Part shown: positions 1 through 10,374 of the stretch, piece by piece
Position numbering within the stretch: position 1 is the stretch's first letter
Layout: the number at the start of each line of letters is the position of its first letter
Assembly (NCBI GenBank): GCA_963741205.1
Contig: CAVUHW010000015.1
Coordinates: forward strand, 1-64,000
DNA length: 64,000 nucleotides
Origin: Nitrospirota bacterium
GTDB taxonomy: Bacteria > Nitrospirota > UBA9217
Direction of reading: 5' to 3'
Made by a program: the position numbers and the translations under genes
Notes under the pieces: model-generated
Database searches by the model: none
Seen by the model: the letters and a program-made list of their open reading frames with translations, nothing else
Told to the model about the DNA's origin: nothing

Positions 1-107
1 CTCCTTAGTTATAGAAAAATTTCTCGTCAACGTTCATAAAGTGCCGCATCTTCTGGATGCACTTGGCCCTTCTCTGCTGGCGTGCCCTGCGACGTGGCCG
101 CTGCCCG

Positions 108-513
108 TCACGGAGCAGACATGCAGGCTTGCCCCTTGTCTACGGCATGGAGCCATCCCTCAATCACAATGGGCCGGCCCTGCATCTGTGGATCTTGCAG
201 CGCTGCCAGCGCCTCCTTCTCTGCTAACAAACGCAACCCCAGCTCCGATACCTGCCGTAGCTCGGACTCAGCCGGATATTCCGGGATAACGGGCTCGACA
301 CGGGTAAGTGTAAATTGTCCGGTTTTCTCTCCCAACCAGACCGAAAGGAGCGGATACGCTTTGGTTTGGGGTTGCTTCCCCATCTCCAAAATCCCGGTGA
401 GCCGGATCATCCCGTCGACTGGATAATCGATCACGGGATCTTGGGCATGAAGCTTCCGCACCGAGTACCAGGCAAAGCAGTCCAATCACGAATCCAACAC
501 AACGATAATACAT
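108..513 (-). CDS. hypothetical secreted protein (frameshifted in this sequence)
   Basis: Signal-like N-terminus (CVGFVIGLLCLVLGAEA) in ORF 268..513 continues after a frame change into ORF 108..485 (QDPVIDYPVDG...IVIEGWLH). No family recognised. Confidence 0.4.
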
Positions 514-818
514 GTTTCGCCGCTCCTGTTAGTTCTTCTTCATCCTCGAGCACTCTCTCAGCGGTGACTGCTCCCTCTCTGCTCCAAGCGAGACCCAGCA
601 AGAGCGCCACGTTGGCGGGCCCCGTCCCGAAGTTCTCAGGTTTCCCAATCGCTGGTTCCTCATCCCGCTTTCGCTTCTATGCTGTCGGCTTGAAATTCTC
701 AGGGTGAACTTTACTGACCTTTTCTCTCTATAAATCCTTGATTGTGTAGCCCATTTCACCGGAAATCGCGTTATTTACTAGCGGCCGCCGGGCCGCCAGA
801 CGGCTGCCAATCGGGGAA

Positions 819-1615
819 TCAGCTGCTATCAGAGGCTTCATGGGGTCGAAAAATCGCGTCCGGGAGGTCTATGTCGTAACGGACATTACTTATTTGCTGC
901 TCCGTACTGGTCTTACCCTGCAGATCCTTCATGACGATCCGTATCGGGGTGGGGACGCCGTCAATCGTGGCGACCTCAAAGGTCTCAGTTTCCAGCAGCT
1001 CTGCGGCGACGTCATAATAGTCCCGTTGCCACGGCAGCAGAGTAGCTTTGTCTACCCAGGTGACAACCCGAGAGTAATAGGCTCGCTCCTTCGGCACGGT
1101 TTCTTCGATCTTGTACGTCTGTTTTCCCCCGTGCGCTTCTTCGCCGAGTAGCTTGTAGTTCGGATGGAGACGAACGAACCCCAAGTCCGCGAAGGTGAAG
1201 TCGCTCCCCAGGTAATGCTCGTAAGCATCGACGGGGGTAAATTGGCGGAGGCGGCGCAGAAACAGAACCCACATCCATACGGCGCTGGGTTTATCCTTGG
1301 GCTCCCACATGAGATAGTTATTGCCTTTAGGGATCCTGTCGGCTGTAACAAGACCCATGACCATCCGCTTGCCGTCAGGGAATTGTTTGCGTGCCTGGCT
1401 GGCGACAAACTGCACCGTTTCTCCCTCGGAGTTCACCGTTAGAGCCACCTGGCGAGTGCTGAGCCAACAAGTAGAAGACTTCCTTCATCTTCTTGACGAC
1501 ATCCAGCGTTGGGTCTTGCGCCCCAGGCGCTGCTCGGCGCACTCACAAACAGACAGGTGAGCAGCAGAACCACGAACTTGACTATGAACATCCTTATCAT
1601 TCCGCGAGTCTCCAT
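819..1615 (-). CDS. outer membrane lipoprotein-sorting (LolA-like) protein, frameshifted
   Basis: ATG at 1615 with a signal peptide. ORF 819..1448 has YLGSDFTFADLG, YYSRVVTWVDK, RDYYD and IDGVPTP...MKDLQ motifs typical of LolA-like proteins that accompany sulfatase/RND loci. Confidence 0.75.
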
Positions 1616-1649
1616 ACTTTTCCCCCCTTGTTTTGCCTGTGAGAAGCAC

Positions 1650-1897
1650 TCAGAACTTTCCAGATCAGGGGTGCGATGAAATGGACATAGTTGCTGGAGT
1701 AATCTCCTTGTAAGGTGCCGGCGGGATTGCCCACGACGGTCGAGGCATCCTGAGCCAACGCCGCGCGGCCTGCTGCACTTTGAGCCGAGGTCTGGTGTGC
1801 CTATTTCATAGAGATACAGTCCCGCTGCCTGCACTGATGAGGCAACTAGGGTCACGCAGAGAGCCAATGCAATGACACACATCACGATACGAAACAT
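1650..1897 (-). pseudogene. internally deleted OmpP1/FadL-family outer membrane transporter
   Basis: N-terminal signal plus GLYLYEIGTPDLG.AAGRAALAQDASTVVGNPAG is joined directly to TLQGDYSSNYVHFIA.LIWKF* (beta-barrel C-terminus ending in Phe). About 80 codons in total. Confidence 0.7.
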
Positions 1898-2007
1898 TTC
1901 CTTTTCCTCTCCTCCCGCACTGCTCGCGATCAACCAAGCGCCGCTCCCGAGGTCCCTGTCAATTCCTGACTATTGTTGAATCGTTTGGCATTGCTGCCGG
2001 CGCGTGG

Positions 2008-2065
2008 CTGTTCAGGCACACCGCGCGATAGTTAAAAGTAGCGTTAGACAACGTTCAGGATCATT
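2008..2065 (-). promoter_or_regulatory. conserved intergenic element, copy 1 (phased GTTCA/TGAAC repeats)
   Basis: ctgttcaggcacaccgcgcgatagttaaaagtagcgttagacaacgttcaggatc matches the copies at 7268-7355 and 10186-10273. Confidence 0.75.
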
Positions 2066-2308
2066 GCGATTTGTCATCCAGATGAGGATGACGGATGTGT
2101 TCGTTGATGCCAACGGGTTTGCCGGTATCTGCTTTCACTTTCGGTATCTTTGACAATGCCTTCGCGTTGGTGGCAAGGGTGCCGGACTCGTCCCCAATCT
2201 TCTGTATTGTTATGCCTGACCCCAATCCCCCATCCGACACCCGCAAAGACGCAGGAGGAAGAACCATCAATCATCTAGACGACAAGAAAGCACCGCTCCC
2301 ATCTCCCG

Positions 2309-4653
2309 ATGCCGAACCGGCGCGAACGCGGTCTGATCACCTACGACGCGAAGGATCCGGACACGAAGTTCCCGCCCATCGAGCAGCTGCGGCCGCCCAA
2401 GGGCGCGCCCAACGTCCTGATCGTCCTCATCGACGACGCCGGGTTCGGCTCGTCGAGCGCCTTCGGCGGACCCTGCCAGACGCCGAACGCGGAGAAGCTG
2501 GCGGCGGGCGGCCTGAAGTACAACCGCTTCCACACCACCGCGCTCTGCTCGCCGACGCGGCAGGCGCTGCTGACCGGGCGCAATCACCACTCCGCCGGCA
2601 TGGGCGGCATCACCGAGATCGCCACCGGCGCGCCGGGCTACTGCTCGGTGCTGCCCAACACCATGTCGCCGCTCGCGCGGACGCTGAAGCTCAACGGCTA
2701 CTCGACGGCGCAGTTCGGCAAGTGCCACGAGGTGCCGGTCTGGGAGACGAGCCCGGTCGGGCCGTTCGACGCCTGGCCCACGGGCGGCGGCGGCTTCGAG
2801 TACTTCTACGGCTTCATCGGCGGCGAGGCGAACCAGTGGTACCCGACGCTCTACGAGGGCACCACGCCGGTCGAGCCGAAGAAGACGCCCGAAGAGGGCT
2901 ACCACCTCGATGGAGGACATGACCGACAAGGCGATGGCCTGGATCGGCAGCAGAAGGCGCTCGCGCCCGACAAGCCGTTCTTCGTCTACTTCGCGCCGGG
3001 CGCGACGCACGCGCCGCACCACGTGCCGAAGGAATGGGCCGACAAGTACAAGGGCAAGTTCGACCAGGGCTGGGACAAGCTGCGCGAGGAGACCTTCGCC
3101 CGGCAGAAGAAGCTGGGCGTCATTCCCGCGGACTGCCAGCTCACCGCGCGCCACAAGGAGATCCCGGCGTGGGACGACATGCCGGAGGCGCTCAAGCCCG
3201 TGCTGCGCCGGCAGATGGAGGTCTACGCGGGCTTCATGGAGTACACCGACCACCACGTCGGCCGGCTGCTCGACGCGCTGGAGAAGCTGGACATCCTCGA
3301 CGACACGCTCGTCTACTACATCATCGGCGACAACGGCGCCTCGGCCGAGGGCACGCTCAACGGCACGTTCAACGAGATGCTCAACTTCAACGGCCTGGCC
3401 GCCACTCGAGACGCCGGAATTCCTGACGGCCCGGCTCGACAAGCTCGGCGGGCCGGAGTCCTACAACCACTACGCGGTCGGCTGGGCGCACGCGATGGAC
3501 ACGCCCTACCAGTGGACCAAGCAGGTCGCCTCGCACTGGGGCGGCACGCGCAACGGCACCATCGTCCACTGGCCGAAGGGCATCAAGGCGAAGGGCGAGA
3601 TCCGCTCGCAGTTCCACCACGTCATCGACGTCGCGCCGACGATCCTCGAGGCGGCGGGGCTGCCCCGAGCCGGTCTCGGTGAACGGCGTGCAGCAGCAGC
3701 CCATCGAGGGCGTCAGCATGCTCTACTCGTTCAACGACGCCAAGGCGGCGGAGCGGCACGAGACGCAGTACTTCGAGATGTTCGGCAACCGCGGCATCTA
3801 CCACAAGGGCTGGACCGCGGTGACGCAAGCACAGGACGCCCTGGCTGCTCATCGGCGAGAAGACCGCCCGCCTTCGACGACGACGTCTGGGAGCTCTACG
3901 ACACGACGAAGGACTGGAGCCAGGCCAACGACCTGTCCAAGCAGATGCCGGAGAAGCTCCACGAACTGCAGCGCCTGTGGCTGATCGAGGCGACGCGCTA
4001 CAACGTGCTGCCGATCGACGACCGACCTGTGCGAGAAGATGAACCCGAGACACGCCGGCCGGCCGGTGCTGATCAAGGGGAAGACCCAGCTCCTCTTCGG
4101 CGGCATGGGGCGCCTGTCGGAGAACTGCGTCGCTGAACATCAAGAACAAGTCGCACTCCGTGACGGCCGAGATCGTGGTGCCGGAGGCGGGCGCCGAAGG
4201 CGTGATCATCGCCCAGGGCGCGAACATCGGCGGCTGGAGCCTGTACGCCAAGGGCGGCAAGCTGAAGTACTGCTACAACCTCGGCGGCGTGCAGCACTTC
4301 TACGTCGAGGCGGCGAGCCCGATCCCCGCGGGCGAGCACCAGGTGCGCATGGAGTTCGCCTACGCCGGCGGCGGCCTCGGCAAGGGCGGCAAGGTGACCT
4401 CTGTACATCGACGGCAAGCAGGTCGGCGAAGGGGACGTCCCGATGACGCTGGCGATGGTCTTCTCCGCCGACGACGGCTGCGACGTCGGCGAGGACACCG
4501 GCGCGCCGGTGTCGCCAGGACTACGGCCCGCGCGGCAACGCCTTCAACGGCCGGGTCAAGGGGGTGCAGCTCGCCATCGCCGAGGCCGCGGAGAATGCGG
4601 ATCACCTGGTCTCGCCGGAGGACGCCATCCGCATCGCGATGGCGCGGCAGTAG
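2309..4653 (+). CDS. Cys-type arylsulfatase with C-terminal LamG/ConA-like domain (several frameshifts; true start probably near 2266)
   Basis: PNVLIVLIDDAGFG, formylglycine motif CSPTRQALLTGR, FGKCH, GATHAPH, GDNGAS and WELYD are spread over ORFs 2309..3682, 2910..4136, 3679..3984 and 4160..4786. TAG at 4651-4653; RBS ggagga near 2255. Confidence 0.93.
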
Positions 4654-4699
4654 CGGTAGGGGCTCTCCCTCGTGTTTCGATTCGTTCTTTCACCTCCGG

Positions 4700-6064
4700 T
4701 CAGCGTGCTGCAGAAGACTTCGTCCATTTTTTGTATGCACGCTCCTTTTCTCTTTCCTGAATTCGCAGTGTACGCTCCCGCAGTGATTCATAGATGGGTG
4801 CATCGCGCAGCAGGAGCGGAACGAGCATAGCCGTGAAACACGCGCTGAGCATGGGCAAAAGCAAGGTGAAGCTTGCCGTCATCTCGGTAACCAAGATGAT
4901 ACCGGTAACAGGAGCTCGCACGACGGCGGTGAAAAACGCCGCCATGCCAACTATGCCGAGTGCCGTGGGATAGGGAGCCACGTTGGGTATCCATCGGGAG
5001 CAGAGAGTGCCAAAGAGAAGACCGCTCTGAGACCCCAGGACAAGCATGGGCGCAAACAATCCCCCCGGTGTTCCCGCTGCATAAGATAAGGGCCCAAGTC
5101 CGAAACGGAGGAGAAAAACAACCGACACCATGGCGACGGACTCTGCACCACCGAGCGTGCGCTGTGTGATCGCGTCACCACCACCGACCAGGCCTGGGGC
5201 GACCCATGCCAGCAAACTTACAGTGATGCCGATCAGCGCGGCGCGCAGTTCTACCGGCCAGTGACGGAGTCGGTCCGTGGCCGCAAGTATACCTAGGAGC
5301 GTCCGGTTGTACGCAACCCCCAGACAGCCGACAACAACGCCCAGCGCAAGATGGACAGGCACCGTTCCAAAGCTGGGGTAGGGCAGCGCTTCGACATGGA
5401 AGTCCGGCGCATCACCGAGGAGCACCCGCGCCACCGCGATCGCGCCCGCCGATCCGCCTAGTGTCACGATCGTGATTCGCGTATCAAACCGGCGCACTAA
5501 TTCTTCCAGCACGAACACGGCGCCAGCGATCGGGGCGTTGAAGGCCGTCGCAAGACCGGCGCCCGCACCGGCAGCCACCAGCGCCTTGCAGTCCTCCTCG
5601 CTGCGGCGGAATACCTTCCCCAAGAGATTTGCCATACTCGCTCCCATCTGGACACTGGGTCCTTCGCGCCCGAGCGCGAGGCCAGAGCCGATGGCGAGCA
5701 GGCCGCCAAAGAACTTGACCGGTATGAGGCGGTACGGCGCCTGCGGCAGCTCGCCGCTCACGACCGCCTCGACGTGCGGAATACCGCTCCCGGAGGCGTG
5801 GGGTGAGTATCGGCGAACGAGCCAGGCCGCAACGGCGGCCGCGGTGGCAAAAGCAGAGATAACAAGGAGCAAGCCTGCCACCTTCCTGCCATGAGCCCAG
5901 ACAATAAACAGGTCGCGCAAGTGGTCCGCCTGATCGAGGGAAAGACGGAAGACCGCCCCCACCAGACCCGCTGCCACCCCCACGAGGAGTGCTAAGAGCG
6001 CTAGCGTAAGCAGGCCGCCTTGGCCTGCTGTTGGCTCGGCGGTGAACTTAGGTTCAAGATTCAT
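4700..6064 (-). CDS. clcA: ClC family H+/Cl- exchange transporter
   Basis: GSGIP, GREGP and GLFAP signatures plus terminal PIYE in an intact ORF. Confidence 0.92.
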   Translation of the reverse strand: MNLEPKFTAEPTAGQGGLLTLALLALLVGVAAGLVGAVFRLSLDQADHLRDLFIVWAHGRKVAGLLLVISAFATAAAVAAWLVRRYSPHASGSGIPHVEAVVSGELPQAPYRLIPVKFFGGLLAIGSGLALGREGPSVQMGASMANLLGKVFRRSEEDCKALVAAGAGAGLATAFNAPIAGAVFVLEELVRRFDTRITIVTLGGSAGAIAVARVLLGDAPDFHVEALPYPSFGTVPVHLALGVVVGCLGVAYNRTLLGILAATDRLRHWPVELRAALIGITVSLLAWVAPGLVGGGDAITQRTLGGAESVAMVSVVFLLRFGLGPLSYAAGTPGGLFAPMLVLGSQSGLLFGTLCSRWIPNVAPYPTALGIVGMAAFFTAVVRAPVTGIILVTEMTASFTLLLPMLSACFTAMLVPLLLRDAPIYESLRERTLRIQEREKERAYKKWTKSSAAR

Positions 6065-6095
6065 TGACTCCACCCTGGTTAGGAATTGCAGGGCG

Positions 6096-6881
6096 TCAGC
6101 ACCGCCCAAGCCGTTTGACGAGCACTTCGGCAACGAGATCCTCCACTACCACCACTTCCGACGCTCCCGCACGCTGAAGCAACGCCCCTCGCGGACTGTT
6201 CTGACCGGTCACGGCAATCTTGAGCTGCGGGTTGAGGGTATGTGCCATCAGCGTGATCGCCAGTTTGCGGTCCGCATCCTCGGTTGTCACCACCAGTGCT
6301 CTCGCTGTGTCGATCCGCGCCCGGGTAAGTACTTCATCGTCCGCGCCAGCATCCCCTTGGACGACAAAATAACCAAGAGCGGATGCGTCATTAGCCAGCC
6401 CTTCATCTCGATCGATGACGAGCACGGTGTCGCCAGCGGCGCGCAGTCGACCGGCGACTAGCCGACCCAACGCCCCGAAGCCGATAACGACGACATGGCT
6501 GGCAAACTGGTTGAGGATACGTTCCATTGTTTTGTTCTCCCGATGTACCATCACTGCATCGCTCGATAGGATGCCGGTAAGCGTGGAGACGGCATAGCCG
6601 CCGATCATCATATAGATGAGCATCGTCAATATCACGAACGCCTTTTGGCCGTTGGTGAAGTCGGTAAAATCGCCCATCGTCGTGATTAAGTTGACCGCGT
6701 TCCATAATGCTATGAAGACTTTGTGGCGGAGCGGCTCGTCCGTGGGTTCGAGGAGGAGCAACCCGGCCGTGCAACCCAAGAGCGTCAGGAACAGCAGACC
6801 TAGCGTCCAGACCGCCTGCCGCCGCCATTCCTGCACGCGCGACTGCCCAAGCCCGGTATCGATGACGCGATAGAGGGGCAT
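6096..6881 (-). CDS. potassium channel family protein with TrkA-N (RCK) domain
   Basis: Two TM helices around a TTMGD pore-like motif, then Rossmann VVVIGFGALG and GDA motifs. Confidence 0.85.
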   Translation of the reverse strand: MPLYRVIDTGLGQSRVQEWRRQAVWTLGLLFLTLLGCTAGLLLLEPTDEPLRHKVFIALWNAVNLITTMGDFTDFTNGQKAFVILTMLIYMMIGGYAVSTLTGILSSDAVMVHRENKTMERILNQFASHVVVIGFGALGRLVAGRLRAAGDTVLVIDRDEGLANDASALGYFVVQGDAGADDEVLTRARIDTARALVVTTEDADRKLAITLMAHTLNPQLKIAVTGQNSPRGALLQRAGASEVVVVEDLVAEVLVKRLGRC

Positions 6882-6977
6882 CGGTTTTCAACCAACTGTC
6901 TGTATAGTCCTGCCGCCGGACCTTTGAATCGTCCACGGACTTCCTCTTTGCTTCATATCTTGTCTTTCTCCATCAAT

Positions 6978-7142
6978 CTATACAGTTGACTTGCTGGCTT
7001 GAACGAAGCTGGCATCACACTGCGCGATCACATCCTCATCCCTCAGGTGGCAAATCTTGCCAGGCGCTCGAAGAACCATCCCGAGCAGCGTACCTCCGAA
7101 GACACACGCGAACATGATCCAACTGATTGCCATGGGGTTCAT
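6978..7142 (-). pseudogene. N-terminal remnant of a DUF4239-like membrane protein
   Basis: RBS ggagg followed by MNPMAISWIMFACVFGGTLLGMVLRA, after which similarity is lost. Stop after 54 codons. Confidence 0.5.
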
Positions 7143-7267
7143 GATCTACCTCCCTAAGCCTCAGGACAGGCACCGCCATTTGCGTGAGTGTGTCCACCAG
7201 AAAACGTCACTATCTATATGCTGCAAGGCCAGCTGCGCTGGCACCCAACACGAGGTGGGCTTACTGG

Positions 7268-7355
7268 GTATTCTAAGGGGTAAGACTGTTTAGGGACATC
7301 GCGCGATAGTTCAAAGTAGCGTTCACCAACGTTCAGGATCGTTCAATTTTGCCGC
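7268..7355 (-). promoter_or_regulatory. conserved intergenic element, copy 2
   Basis: Near-identical to 10186-10273 and includes TAGAAT (-10-like) on the minus strand. Confidence 0.8.
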
Positions 7356-7688
7356 TTTGCCCCCTTCAGATCGGGCACGGCCTCTACAAGGGACCGTGCA
7401 GCCTCCCTAAACTTGAGTAATTGCTGTGATTACGATATGCAACGCAGCCAACGGCGGAAGAGAGTAGCGGCATGCCCTAAGACGAGACGGCGTAGCCAGT
7501 CTTGTTATCACCCTGACAGTTGACGGGTGAATAGAGGAAGACGAGGGTGGTATCAGGCCCGGAGAGAGGAGGTGGGGAAGGACACGATTGCACTTCATTC
7601 ATTTTCTAGCAGACTGAGTCAGTTTTTGTGTAAAACATCAACTCCCGTGGGGGATAGATCCATTATGAGGGAAAGGAAGGAGGACATT

Positions 7689-8124
7689 ATGACGTTCATG
7701 ATCCGTATGCTGCCAGGTATGGTTTTCACAGCGGCGCTGTGTGTCGGCGCCACTGTGGCGACGGCCCGAGCCGAAACCCCGTCGGCAGCAGTCTCATTTG
7801 AGACCGCCGAAGGTTCAAGCACGATGAAAGCTATCTGGATCGGCTGCACCGTCTTCTTTCAAGGCAAGCCGCATGAGTGTTCGGTGAGCGGACTCGAATC
7901 GCCTGAGCCAGGCATGAACCGCGTATCAGGGATGGTGTATGATCTGAAGGACCTTTCCAAACTTGCAGGAACGTATAAAGCGGGTGGGCCCTGATGTAGT
8001 TTTGGGAGGCGGCTTTCTGAGAGTGAAGAATGAGAAAGGCGTCACAATGACGCTGTGGACGTTTAAGCAGATGCAGGAGCTACAAGTGCCGGACAGCGGC
8101 ATGAAGCTCGAACTGAAACATTAA
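7689..8124 (+). CDS. small secreted protein (DUF1134/EipA-like), frameshifted near 7990
   Basis: RBS ggagg, signal peptide, G.VYDLKDLSKLAGTY, then GGG..KNEKGVTMTL in the next frame. TAA at 8122-8124. Confidence 0.55.
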
Positions 8125-8204
8125 CGGAGGGAGGGGATTTGCAAATCACACTTTCTGTGATCTAGCAAATGGCCGCCTCTCTCAGGAGATTCAATCAGCA
8201 ACTC

Positions 8205-8414
8205 TTACGAGGACTCGCGGACCGTCACCCCGACATACAGGTTGCCGTCCGTCTGCCATGGGTCGCCACCGCCGTTGCGCCCCTCGCGGGTCTTGTGGAA
8301 GCCGTCTACGATGTACCTCTCGGCCAAGTCCTTGGTCCGTTCAAGATCCTCGAACAGATGGTCGCGCTCGGCGTCGACGTCCGCGGCAATGTGGTGTGTG
8401 ATCTCACCGGTCAT
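8205..8414 (-). pseudogene. C-terminal remnant of an LssY C-terminal domain protein
   Basis: TGEITHHIAADVDAERD...GRNGGGDPWQTDG is present, but the N-terminal part is missing because the DUF1254 gene ends immediately upstream. Confidence 0.6.
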
Positions 8415-8450
8415 TCACGTAAGCGTTAGGAGTCCGTTCAGAACCGGTTT

Positions 8451-9948
8451 TCAACCGAGGCCTCCTCTCACTGCACCTTCATCACGGCTGGCGGCTGCCA
8501 CGTGCCTTCGACCGGGAGGGAGAATCGAGGGTGGCTCCGTCTTCGGCCAGTAGAGGCGCATAACGAGATAGATCGTGTCATTCGGCGCGGGCAGCCAGTT
8601 GGCTTCCTTGTCCGCGCCCGGACTGTCTTTCTGGATGTAGAGCGTGAGCGAGCCGTCCTCGTTCTTCTTCATGTCCGGCAGCATCGGCGAGTTGATGAGG
8701 TAGCGATTGATCGGGTTTTTGATCAGGAACTGGCTCTTGCCGTCATACATCGTCACCGACCAGAAGGCATTCACCGGCGGGAGCTGCCCGGCGGGGAAGG
8801 TGAGCGTGTAGTTGTGCTTGCTGCCGTCGAGCGCTTCGCCCGCCGCATCCGTGCGGGTATAGGGATACATGGCTTCCACGGCATCGTTCCCGTAGAGACC
8901 ACCCTTGGCAGCGGCGGCACGCATCAGCCAATCGCCCTTGAAGAAAGCGCGGTCACCAAAGAACGCACCAACGATCCAGCCGTTGATATTTTTCATTCCG
9001 CTGGCCAGGAACTTTGTCCACCTTGTCGTCGCCCTCCTTCATGCCCAGCAAAACGGCGGCCTTATGTTCCAGCGAGAGATCCTTGAACTCAAAGGTCTTG
9101 CCCGGACCGATGCCGATACTGGCGAGTCTGGCCCGGACATCCTTGTCTTCCGGCGACGGTGGGACGAACTGCAGGGCGGCGTCGAGATACTCGTAAGAAG
9201 TTTTTCTTGATCCCCTCAGTGGTGGCCGGGAGGAAATCGATCTTCGGCGCGGCCGGCGGCGCGGGTTGCTTGAGGAACGCGGAAAGCGGCTGCGCCTTGT
9301 AGCCTGCCTGCACCTTCTCCACGTTCGGCATGTCCCCGGGATTGAAAAGCTGGGTCCGGAAAAGGGTGAGCGCGAAGGGAGTCGTCGAGGAAAAAACTTT
9401 CTTAATCCCTGCGGGCGTCTCGCCTTTCCAGTCTGGGCCGACGACGAGATAGTCGCCCGGCGTCACTCCCCGTGGCGCGGCTGCCGATGTAGCCATAGTT
9501 GTAGGTATTGCCGTCGATCAACTGCACCGAGTAGTAGCGCTCCTTCTCCACCGCCGGCACCGAGATCACCATCGGCTCCGCACGCAGATCCAACCAGAGC
9601 ATCGAGTAAGGCGTGTCGCTGTTCGGTGTGACGACCGCCGTGTCTTCGTAGGTCGCGACGCGGTGCTCGTTGTTGATCTCGTTGAAGGGCGCCTTGTACT
9701 GGCTGGACTTCTTGTCCACGGCAAACTCATTCATCACCGCGTAGTTCATCACGATCGGCAGCCCGTAGATGAACGCCTTCCTCGGCGATGGCCTTGGTCT
9801 CGGCGATGCCGGGCGCGGCAATGCCCTGGGCCACGTCCTTCTTCTCGGCCTTGGCGATCGGATCGTCCTTCTTGCCGCAGCCGATAAATAGGGTCATAGA
9901 GAGAGCGGCAACCAACGCCCAGCTCAGAAGTTCACGTCTCGCTTTCAT
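8451..9948 (-). CDS. DUF1254/DUF1214 domain lipoprotein (frameshifted)
   Basis: Lipobox LFIGC, AFIYGLPIVMNY, VVTPNSDTPYS, LPPVNAFWSVTMYD, NWLPAP and RLYWP over four ORFs. Confidence 0.9.
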
Positions 9949-10118
9949 GTTCCCTTCCTCTCGTACTCAGCATCGAACGACCAGCTCGTGTGCACATGAG
10001 TCTGGCCGAAATAGGCCTCCCGCTCGGGATTCTTCTGGGCGAAGGCTGGCGGGGACCTCAGCATCACCGCTGCCCCGACTGAGAATCGGAGTATCAGACG
10101 CATGAGGTTTCGTTTCAT
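9945..10118 (-). pseudogene. N-terminal remnant of a DUF3604 protein
   Basis: Signal peptide plus NPEREAYFGQTHVHTSWSFDA, then a stop overlapping the DUF1254 start (57 aa; the family is normally several hundred aa). Confidence 0.7.
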
Positions 10119-10185
10119 GAGGCCGCTCCTTCCTCTCCCTTTTGTTCTGGTTTCTCTCTGGTACGCCACAGTATGGCAACCGCGC

Positions 10186-10273
10186 GTATTCTACGGTGTA
10201 AGACTGTTCAGGGACACTGCGCGATAGTTCAAAGTAGCGTTAGACAACGTTCAGGATCGTTCAATTGTGTCGC
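10186..10273 (-). promoter_or_regulatory. conserved intergenic element, copy 3
   Basis: GTTCA/GTTAG at 10206, 10227, 10239, 10249 and 10259; TAGAAT on the minus strand. Confidence 0.8.
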
Positions 10274-10374
10274 CTTCTCGTTGGCTTTCTGGCACTTTGT
10301 GGTAAAGTGCCGTGCACAACAGGACAGAGAGGGGCATGTAAAACACTGATTGTGATAGTTTTTGTTCTTGGAAA

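Noticed and set aside
2095-4500. Long alternative-frame and antisense ORFs over the sulfatase and other GC-rich genes
   Set aside because: These are Arg/Ala/Gly-rich shadow ORFs expected from high-GC codon bias, with no recognisable motifs.
2041-10250. GTTAGAC (integron GTTRRRY core) inside the repeated element, suggesting attC/attI sites
   Set aside because: There is no matching RYYYAAC inverted box or attC hairpin, copy 2 reads GTTCACC, and no integrase is in the window.
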